In this document: positions 21,452-28,930 of the stretch, in pieces
Layout: every line of letters starts with the position of its first letter
Numbering within the stretch: position 1 is the first letter of the stretch
Source of the DNA: an uncultured Fibrobacteraceae bacterium
GTDB lineage: Bacteria; Krumholzibacteriota; Krumholzibacteriia; LZORAL124-64-63
Assembly (NCBI GenBank): GCA_964389015.1
Contig: CAYMCR010000003.1
Coordinates: forward strand, 43,604-107,603
DNA: 64,000 bases
Direction: 5' to 3'
Program-made: the position numbers and the translations under genes
Notes under the pieces: model-generated
The model's database searches: none
What the model was told of the DNA's origin: nothing
What the model saw: only the letters and a program-made list of their open reading frames with translations

Positions 21452-22741
21452 TCAGAAGTCCAGCGCCAGACCCGAGGCGAAAGCCAGCCCCTTGGTGTCG
21501 TTGGGGACGAACTGGCCGCGGTTCGCCACCGCGAGATCCCAGCGCACGATTCCCAGGTACAGACCCAGCCCCGCCGCCGCGCGTGGCACCTCGCCGCCGA
21601 AACCCAGACCGGCTCGTGGCTGCAGCCAGGTCGTGAGTCGCCACTCCACGCCAAGGTCCAGAGCCAGCTTGTCGGACGCGCCGGCCCTCTTCTCCAGGCC
21701 GCGGGACAGGTCGCAACCCACCAGGAAGGAACCGAACGTATTGCTCGCGCCCAGGCGTATCACGGTGGGCAGGGTCCGCGCGTACGCCGCGGCGGCGTAG
21801 GTGGTGTCGCTCTCCGTGATGTGGGCGTCGAGGTCGTCGCTCATGGCGGTGAGCGAATCGGCCTTGGCGCTCCAGACGCGGCGTTCCACGTTCTCGTCCC
21901 AGGTCAGACGGCTGGCCACGTTGCTCACGGCGAGGCCGACCGTCCAGCCGCGGGGGAGTTGCAGGGCCAGACCGGCGTCCACAGCGTAGCCGCTGCCGCC
22001 CTGGGACGTGATGAACGAAGCAGCGGCCTCGCCGCGCACGCCGTCCATGTCCGCCGTGATGCCGCCGCCGGCCTCCTCTACGGTGAAATCGTAGAGTCCG
22101 TACAGATAGCGCGCGTTGACGCCGGCGGAAAGACGGTAGGTGCGGTTTGTGAGCACGGGCCTGGCGTAGGAGAGCGTGGCGGCGCCCACGGCGTAGCCAT
22201 CGCCGTCGGTATCCTCGAACGAAAAGCTCTGGCCGATCTCGTTGCCCATCAGAACCAGGTCGAAGAAGTCCTTGTCCAGGGTGCCCGTGCCGCCGGCGAT
22301 GCCCTGGAAGGTCAAGGCCAGCGGTCCCGCGCAGAACCCGAGCGCGGATGCCCGTACATTGGCGTCGAGCATGAACCCCTCGTCGGGTATCTCGTTCAGC
22401 AGTTCCTGCTTGTCGGCCTCGGTCAGCACGGCGCCGTTGATCTCGTGGTAGCGGGCCAGGGAGAAGGCGTTGTTGTTGAGGTCGAGCGAGACCGAGGCGA
22501 TTCCCAGCGAATAGCCCTCGGCGGCGCCCAAAGCGAGGTTCGCCGGATTCCAATCGACGGCGTCCAGTCCGCGGGCTGCTCCCGTGTAGGCGCCGGACAT
22601 GCCCATGGCCCTTACCTGTCCTTGACCCAGGGCCTGGCCGCAGGTGCAGAGCAGTACGCAGAGCAACCCGGCCAGCGCGGCCGTCGCGCCCAAACGCGAC
22701 GGTGGTGTTCGACGTTGTCTCGTCTTGGTGTTGTCGTTCAA
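21452..22741 (-). CDS. Outer-membrane beta-barrel protein (FadL/DUF5723-like)
   Basis: Signal peptide, RAMGMSGA...WNPANL N-terminal motif, alternating beta strands, C-terminal ALDF; TTG start after AAGGAG. Confidence 0.7.
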   Translation of the reverse strand: MNDNTKTRQRRTPPSRLGATAALAGLLCVLLCTCGQALGQGQVRAMGMSGAYTGAARGLDAVDWNPANLALGAAEGYSLGIASVSLDLNNNAFSLARYHEINGAVLTEADKQELLNEIPDEGFMLDANVRASALGFCAGPLALTFQGIAGGTGTLDKDFFDLVLMGNEIGQSFSFEDTDGDGYAVGAATLSYARPVLTNRTYRLSAGVNARYLYGLYDFTVEEAGGGITADMDGVRGEAAASFITSQGGSGYAVDAGLALQLPRGWTVGLAVSNVASRLTWDENVERRVWSAKADSLTAMSDDLDAHITESDTTYAAAAYARTLPTVIRLGASNTFGSFLVGCDLSRGLEKRAGASDKLALDLGVEWRLTTWLQPRAGLGFGGEVPRAAAGLGLYLGIVRWDLAVANRGQFVPNDTKGLAFASGLALDF

Positions 22742-22768
22742 GCCGAACTCCTTCCGCGCTGGCACGGA

Positions 22769-24829
22769 TCAGTCGTTATCGATCAGGATTTCCACGGACA
22801 GCGCCCCGCGGGCGGATAGACTGTCGCACGAGCGGAGAACCACTTCCTGGCCGTCCGTGCCGGGGATCAGGGCGCGCAGGGCCGTGTAGGCCCCCTGGCG
22901 TGTGAAGGCCCTGATCTGCGTCGCATCGAGAGCGATGACGTATTTGGTCAAAACGGCATCCCGCACGTAATGGGTTGTCTCGTCGACCACGCCCGGCGCC
23001 ACCGACAGGGGGCCGATGACCAGTTCGGGGTCGTTCAGCGCGGATACCGAATCCGGTCCCACCAGGAACAGCACATCCAGGCCGAAGGGGAAGTGGTTGT
23101 CGATCTCGGTGATGATCTCCGCCGCCAGCAGGTGCTCGTCGAGGTTGCGCCGCAACTCTTCGTCGAGATCCAGGGCCGCGGGGTCGCGGTCGATCTCGGC
23201 GTCGTCGATCACCAGGCGCAGCGGCGCGTCGGCCCACCAGACCACCTGTGCCTGATCCCCGGGGCGCATCGTGCCGACCTCGTCGCCGCCGCCGATGTTG
23301 ACGGCGCCGCTGAAGGTGAAGCTCTCGGGCAGTATGCTCAACAGGTCCGCGATGGTGCTGTTGCTCTCGTCCAGGAGGATGGTCGTCTTCGCCGGCTCCC
23401 CGTCGCGCGCCGGGGCGACGTCGGCCGTGGCCGCGAGCGAGGCGGTCTCGCCGCTCCCGTTGCGTCCGGTGAGCAGGAGGTCGATGTTGCCGTTGATGCC
23501 CGTGCCGTTGAACAGTTCGATGACCAGGGTGGCCGCGGGCAGTTGCAGGCCGTCCAGTTCGTCGGGGATGTCGATGAGCTGTGTCACCGGTTCCAACTCG
23601 AAGGTGTACGCGGGTATGAGACCGGTGACTTCGCCGATGGCCAGCGTGGTGGCGTCCATCAGCGCGGAGACGCGCATCCCGGCGGCGATGTCCACGAGCT
23701 CGCCGTCGCTGCCGGGGGAGACCACGCCTACCGTGTAGGTCAGCGAGTCCAGTGGTGCGCCGCCGCCGGCGGTGATGCGGGCGCCGGCCAGATCGGCCTG
23801 CGTGACTTCCGTACCGTTGCGCGGCATCGCGAAGGTGAGCAGGAAGGGGTCGCCTTCCGGCGTCTCGAACTCGTTGAAGTAGATGTAGACCGTCGCGGGG
23901 ATGGGCAGACCGCTGGTTAGGGTGACGTTCATCAGGCCGCTGGCCACGGTCGCTTCGACGATGCGCAGCGAGTCGGGCAGGGCCAAGGCGCTGGTCTCCT
24001 GGAAGGACTGGCTGCCGATGGCCGCCCGCGCCTCGTCGACCACGAGTTCGCTGATGGACAACGATATGCCGAGCCAGGCCTCGGGACCGATGTCGGCGCC
24101 GGCGGAACCCGCCGAGCCGCCGGTCAGACGGACGGCCAGGTTGCCGGGAAGATCCACGTCGGCGAGTTCCGCGACGGCCGTGGCTTCCGTGCCCGGTGCG
24201 ATCTCCGCCGCGAATACCAGCGAGGTGACCACCGCGCCCGTCCCGGCATGCACCACCTCGGCGGTGATGGTCTCCGGGGGGGTGTCGCCCGAGAGCGGTA
24301 TGGGCAGCCGGTTGTCCAGGCTCAGGGTGATGAACCCGGAGGAGACGTGCGCGTGGTCGAAGCCGTCGAGCTCGAGAGGATCGCTCTCCACGTCGAAGGT
24401 GAAGGGTGGGACCGGATAGACGCCCGGAGGCAGTGAGCCGACCGCCGGCCAGAGCTCGACGAGCGAGAAGACATATGACAGCGGCGCCGGGTCGTCGAGC
24501 TCGACAGAGCCGATGGTCGCTTCGGTGTCGACGGCCTCCAGGTCGGCGCTCAGGTCGAGATCGAGTGCGACCGACGTGGTGTCGCCCTCCACGGTGAAGA
24601 AGAGGATGGAATCCGCGCCGGCGTAGATGTACTCCTGGTCGGCGATCATTTCCGCGGCTGTCAAGTCGTGCGTTCCGACGGGGACCGCCAGGTGGGTGGA
24701 AAAGGTGGGCAGTGCCGGTTCCTCGATGGTGCAGCCCGCCGTCAGTGCCAGTGCGATCCCGCACAGGCCGGCGGTCGCCATGAACGACCCGACACGTGAT
24801 CCGGGCATGGTCCTGGTTCGCGATGACAT
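22769..24829 (-). CDS. Large acidic lipoprotein of unknown function with internal repeats
   Basis: Lipobox LTAGC; about four beta-rich modules (LDNRLPIP, LTSGLPIP, LFNGTGIN, IDNHFPFG); start could be the later ATG (MATAG). Confidence 0.7.
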   Translation of the reverse strand: MSSRTRTMPGSRVGSFMATAGLCGIALALTAGCTIEEPALPTFSTHLAVPVGTHDLTAAEMIADQEYIYAGADSILFFTVEGDTTSVALDLDLSADLEAVDTEATIGSVELDDPAPLSYVFSLVELWPAVGSLPPGVYPVPPFTFDVESDPLELDGFDHAHVSSGFITLSLDNRLPIPLSGDTPPETITAEVVHAGTGAVVTSLVFAAEIAPGTEATAVAELADVDLPGNLAVRLTGGSAGSAGADIGPEAWLGISLSISELVVDEARAAIGSQSFQETSALALPDSLRIVEATVASGLMNVTLTSGLPIPATVYIYFNEFETPEGDPFLLTFAMPRNGTEVTQADLAGARITAGGGAPLDSLTYTVGVVSPGSDGELVDIAAGMRVSALMDATTLAIGEVTGLIPAYTFELEPVTQLIDIPDELDGLQLPAATLVIELFNGTGINGNIDLLLTGRNGSGETASLAATADVAPARDGEPAKTTILLDESNSTIADLLSILPESFTFSGAVNIGGGDEVGTMRPGDQAQVVWWADAPLRLVIDDAEIDRDPAALDLDEELRRNLDEHLLAAEIITEIDNHFPFGLDVLFLVGPDSVSALNDPELVIGPLSVAPGVVDETTHYVRDAVLTKYVIALDATQIRAFTRQGAYTALRALIPGTDGQEVVLRSCDSLSARGALSVEILIDND

Positions 24830-25067
24830 CCGTCTCTCCCCTGTGTGACGATTTGGTGGCCGTGGGGAGCGCAGATGAAAGAGTCGTGCCGCGGTATCGG
24901 AGGTCGTCGATGAGGCCAGCGGGGCATCATGAGGAACGTTCGGCCATCACGCGCCATTGCGGGGAGTGCCTTCGGCCGAACGGGATTTGCAGACCGCAAC
25001 GAGGTCGGCCGTCCTTGAACCGCGAGGCTGCAAGCTGCATGCGGCGTGACGCAATCTGCGACTTCAC

Positions 25068-25096
25068 TTGACCGGCATGAACACCCTTCCTAGACT
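25068..25096 (+). promoter_or_regulatory. Putative sigma70 promoter for the peptide ABC genes
   Basis: TTGACC, 17 nt, TAGACT. Confidence 0.6.
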
Positions 25097-25127
25097 CAGC
25101 CAAGCCCTTGACGAGGAATGCCATGCC

Positions 25128-26111
25128 ATGACCGGTTACATGTTCCGGCGTCTGGCCGGGGCGGCGCTGCTCGTGCTCGCCCTGCTGACGACGGTATTTT
25201 TCCTGGTGCGTCTCGCTCCCGGCGATCCGGCCGAACTGCATCTCGACCCCGACCTGGGATCGCTGCAACGCGCCCAGGTGCGCGCGAGACTGGGTCTGGA
25301 CGCGCCCTTGCACGTCCAGTATCACCGCTGGCTTTCCGGTGTTCTGCTGCACGGCGACCTGGGCCGCAGCCTGCAGTATCATCGGCCCGTGACCTCGCTG
25401 TTGGCCGACGCGATTCCCAACACGTTGCTGCTGACCGTAACCGCCTATGTGGTGCATCTCGCCCTCGCGTTGTGGGGTGGGGTCTGGATGGCCCGTCGCA
25501 AGGGGACGCGGGCCGAGAGGGGCGCGACCGTCGCCGCCCTGGCGCTGTATTCCCTGCCCGCCTTCTGGCTCGGCCTGATGCTCATCCTGATCTTCTCGCG
25601 CGCGCTCGGCTGGTTGCCGGCGGGCGGCATGCACGCGCCCGACGCCGCGCTCATGACCTGGCCGGCCCGTGCCTGGGATACGGTGCGCCACCTGGTGTTG
25701 CCGGTACTGGTGCTCGGCGTGGCCTCGGCCGCCGGCACCGCGCGGTACCTGCGTAGCAGTCTCATCGACGTGCTCGCCAGCGATTTCATCCTCGCCGCTC
25801 GAGCCCGCGGCCTGTCCGAGCGGTCGGTCGTCTGGCGACATGCCGTCCGCAACGCCCTGTTGCCGGCCGTGACGCTGGTGGGATTGAACCTGCCGTTCCT
25901 GCTGGGCGGCGCCGTGGTGACCGAGACCGTCTTCGCCTGGCCCGGCATGGGCCGTCTGGCCGTCGAAGCCATCTTCGCGCGTGATTACCCCTTGATCATG
26001 GGCGTGACGGCGATCTCCGCGGTCATGGTGGTGCTCGGCAATCTGCTCGCCGATATCGTCTACGGATGGGTGGACCCCAGGATCCGCCTGGACAGGGGAG
26101 GCCGGCCATGA
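25128..26111 (+). CDS. Peptide/nickel ABC transporter permease (OppB/DppB-like)
   Basis: LAPGDPA, GDLGRSL, SLPAFWLG, FILAARARGL EAA loop, HAVRNALLP, RDYPLI. Confidence 0.93.
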   Translation: MTGYMFRRLAGAALLVLALLTTVFFLVRLAPGDPAELHLDPDLGSLQRAQVRARLGLDAPLHVQYHRWLSGVLLHGDLGRSLQYHRPVTSLLADAIPNTLLLTVTAYVVHLALALWGGVWMARRKGTRAERGATVAALALYSLPAFWLGLMLILIFSRALGWLPAGGMHAPDAALMTWPARAWDTVRHLVLPVLVLGVASAAGTARYLRSSLIDVLASDFILAARARGLSERSVVWRHAVRNALLPAVTLVGLNLPFLLGGAVVTETVFAWPGMGRLAVEAIFARDYPLIMGVTAISAVMVVLGNLLADIVYGWVDPRIRLDRGGRP

Positions 26112-26974
26112 GCCGCGACGTCGCACCGGGCGGCCCGGGGCTGCTGGGGGGGCTGGACGTCTCGTCGCGCTGGGGACTGGCCATCGTTCTGCTCATCGTG
26201 GTGCTGGCCGCGTTCGCCGGTCTGCTCGCGCCGGAAGATCCCAACGCCGTGGGCACCGCCGAGACCCATCTCCAGGCGCCCAGCATCCGGCACCCTCTCG
26301 GCACGGACGTGCTCGGTCGCGACGTCCTCAGTCGTCTCGTGTACGGTAGCCGCGCCTCGCTGGCCGTGGGTTGGCTCAGTGTCATGCTGGCGGTGGTGCT
26401 GGGCACGACGATCGGCCTGGCGGCGGGCATCGGTCCCGCCTGGCTGGACCGTACACTCATGGCGGTGACCGACGTCTTTCTCGCCTTCCCGCGCATCTTC
26501 CTGATCCTGCTGCTGGTCGCGGTGGCGACACCTTCGCTCGTCCTGGTGACCGTCGTGATCGGCGTGACGGGCTGGATGAGCGTGGCGCGATTGGTCAGGG
26601 CCGAAGCGCTTGCCCTGCGGGAGCGCGAATTCGTCCTCGCGGCCCGCGGACTCGAACTCTCCGCCCTGCGCCTGGCCTGGCGGCATGTCCTGCCCCACGT
26701 CGTGCCCCTGATCCTGGTGGCCGCCACGCTGCGTCTCGGCAACGCGGTCCTGCTGGAGTCCTTCCTGAGTTACCTGGGACTGGGCGCCCAGGAGCCCCTT
26801 ATCTCCTGGGGCGCCATGATCGAACACGGCCGGGGGCATCTGCTGGACGCCTGGTGGCTGACCGCTTTTCCCGGCCTGGCCATCACCTTGATGGTGGTGT
26901 CCTACAACCTGCTCGGGGACGGCATTCGGGATCGCCTGGATCCGCGCGGCGGGATGCGGAGGGTGGACCGATGA
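26108..26974 (+). CDS. Peptide/nickel ABC transporter permease (OppC/DppC-like)
   Basis: HPLGTDVLGRDVLSRLVYGSR, EFVLAARGL, ESFLSYLGLG, NLLGDGIRDRLDPR. Confidence 0.94.
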   Translation: MSRDVAPGGPGLLGGLDVSSRWGLAIVLLIVVLAAFAGLLAPEDPNAVGTAETHLQAPSIRHPLGTDVLGRDVLSRLVYGSRASLAVGWLSVMLAVVLGTTIGLAAGIGPAWLDRTLMAVTDVFLAFPRIFLILLLVAVATPSLVLVTVVIGVTGWMSVARLVRAEALALREREFVLAARGLELSALRLAWRHVLPHVVPLILVAATLRLGNAVLLESFLSYLGLGAQEPLISWGAMIEHGRGHLLDAWWLTAFPGLAITLMVVSYNLLGDGIRDRLDPRGGMRRVDR

Positions 26975-28707
26975 GCGCGCCCGGACTGTTGACCATCGAG
27001 AAGCTCGGTGTCGTCTTCCCGGGGCCCGCGGGCCCCGTGCGCGCCTTGACCGGGCTCGATCTCTCGCTCGCGTCGGGCGGGATCACGGCCCTGGTGGGCG
27101 TGTCCGGCAGCGGGAAGACGGTTGCCGGTCTGGCGGTCCTCGGTCTCCTGCCCCGCGAAGCCGTGGTCAGCGGACGTCTGGCCTGGCGCGGCGAGCCGCT
27201 CGACGGCGGGCGCGCGCACCGCGCTCGGCTGGGCCGCGAGATCGCCATGATCTTCCAGGACCCGGGCGCCAGCCTCGATCCCGTCTGGACCGTGGGCGCG
27301 CAAATTGTCGAGACCGTACGCGCCAGCGGTGTCTCGCACCGTTCCGCGGCGGAGGCTCGCGTCGAGGCGCTGCTCGCGGAGGTGCACCTGTCGGCGTCGG
27401 TCCGTGAGCGCTATCCGCATCAGTTGAGCGGCGGGCAGAAACAGCGGGTCATGTTGGCCCTGTCCCTGGCCGGCGACCCGGACCTCCTGATCGCGGACGA
27501 ACCCACCACGGCTCTCGACGTGACCATCCAGGCCGGCGTGCTGGACACCCTGCAGGCGGTGGTGCGCAAGCGCGGCATGGCCATGCTCTTCATCACGCAT
27601 GATCTCTCGCTGGTGAGCGGTTTCGCCGATCGCCTCGCCGTGATCCACGCTGGTCGCATTATCGAGGAGGGCCCCGCGGAGTCGGTCCTCGCCGCGCCCG
27701 CACGAACCCAAACGCGCGAACTCCTGGCGGCGTTGCCGGAGAACAGCCCGCTCCGCGACTCCCCGTCGAAGAGCGCCGGATCCCCCGTCCTCACGGTCGA
27801 AGCCTTGCGCGTCGAGCATGTGCACCGCCAGACCTTCTGGCGCCGGGGACGGGCTGTCCAGCCGGCCGTGCGCGGTGTGGACCTCACGGTTCACGAGGGC
27901 GAGTCCGTGGCCTTGGTGGGCGAGTCCGGATGCGGCAAGACGTCTCTGGCGCTGGCCGTGACCGGTCACCTCGCCGCTGCCGGCGGCGCTCTCGAGTTGT
28001 GCGGGGAGCCTCGTCCCGCGGCCGAGCCCGCCAGACTGGCCCAGCTGATCTTCCAGGATGCCGGCGCGGCGCTGGACCCGCGCCAGAGCTGCGGGAAAGC
28101 CATCGCCGAAGCCGCCACGGCGGGCCAGGACCGTACCGCCACCGCGGCCGGCCTACAGGACGTCGGCCTGCCGCCCGACGTGGCGGCGCGCCTGCCGCAC
28201 CAACTCAGCGGCGGCCAGCGCCAGCGCGTGGCTCTTGCCCGTGCGCTGGCGGCGCAACCGCGCCTGCTCGTCGCCGACGAACCGACCGCTTCGCTCGACG
28301 TGGTGATGCAGGCCCGGATCGTGGACCTGCTGAAAAGGTTGCAGGATGCCCAGGGATGGGGGCTGCTCTGGATCACTCACGATCTGCCGTTGGCGCGGTC
28401 GATCTGCCACCGCATCGTGGTGATGTACCACGGCGAGATCGTGGAGGAGTTGCCGGCCGGCGGCGAGCCCCTACATCCATACACGCGGGAACTCGTGGCC
28501 ATGACGCCGGTTCTCGGCGAGCGCATTCCGTCCGCCGGGACACTCACCCGAGCGGAGGGAGTGCCGCCGACCGCCGGCTGCGCGTTCGCGCCGCGATGTC
28601 CCCTGGCCCAGCCGTCGTGTACGCTCGAGAAATCCCCGCTGACAGAGACGGCCGCCGGTCGCCGGATACGTTGTCCCGAAGTGTTGCGGAACGGTGGAAC
28701 ACATTAG
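26971..28707 (+). CDS. Fused dual-domain peptide ABC ATPase (OppD/OppF-like)
   Basis: Two Walker A (VSGSGKT, ESGCGKT), two LSGGQ, ADEPT twice, HPYT and C-terminal GCAFAPRC Fe-S motif. Confidence 0.92.
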   Translation: MSAPGLLTIEKLGVVFPGPAGPVRALTGLDLSLASGGITALVGVSGSGKTVAGLAVLGLLPREAVVSGRLAWRGEPLDGGRAHRARLGREIAMIFQDPGASLDPVWTVGAQIVETVRASGVSHRSAAEARVEALLAEVHLSASVRERYPHQLSGGQKQRVMLALSLAGDPDLLIADEPTTALDVTIQAGVLDTLQAVVRKRGMAMLFITHDLSLVSGFADRLAVIHAGRIIEEGPAESVLAAPARTQTRELLAALPENSPLRDSPSKSAGSPVLTVEALRVEHVHRQTFWRRGRAVQPAVRGVDLTVHEGESVALVGESGCGKTSLALAVTGHLAAAGGALELCGEPRPAAEPARLAQLIFQDAGAALDPRQSCGKAIAEAATAGQDRTATAAGLQDVGLPPDVAARLPHQLSGGQRQRVALARALAAQPRLLVADEPTASLDVVMQARIVDLLKRLQDAQGWGLLWITHDLPLARSICHRIVVMYHGEIVEELPAGGEPLHPYTRELVAMTPVLGERIPSAGTLTRAEGVPPTAGCAFAPRCPLAQPSCTLEKSPLTETAAGRRIRCPEVLRNGGTH

Positions 28708-28708
28708 G

Positions 28709-28737
28709 TTGACAGGGCTTTCGGCAATCTCTATATT
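28709..28737 (+). promoter_or_regulatory. Near-consensus sigma70 promoter for the TonB-dependent receptor operon
   Basis: TTGACA, 17 nt, TATATT. Confidence 0.75.
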
Positions 28738-28930
28738 CAATCGGAAGTTGCCGGTTGCACGTCAAGACCCCCCATTTTCCGTCCCCCTACCGCCAGGCGC
28801 GGCCCGGTCGGAAAGCGTGAGGTTTCGGTATATGTACGTCAGACCGGGATGCGTCGCACACTCGTCGTATGGCACCGGTCGACCGGAATCATGCTCGAAC
28901 CGGACTCGATCCGTTGAAAGGAGCGCCCAG

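Noticed and set aside
28738-28930. Cobalamin or TPP riboswitch in the ~190-nt TBDT leader
   Set aside because: No B12-box (GCCACTG, AGACCT) or TPP (CTGAGA, GGTAAT) motifs; a lone CCGGTCGACCGG palindrome is expected by chance at this GC
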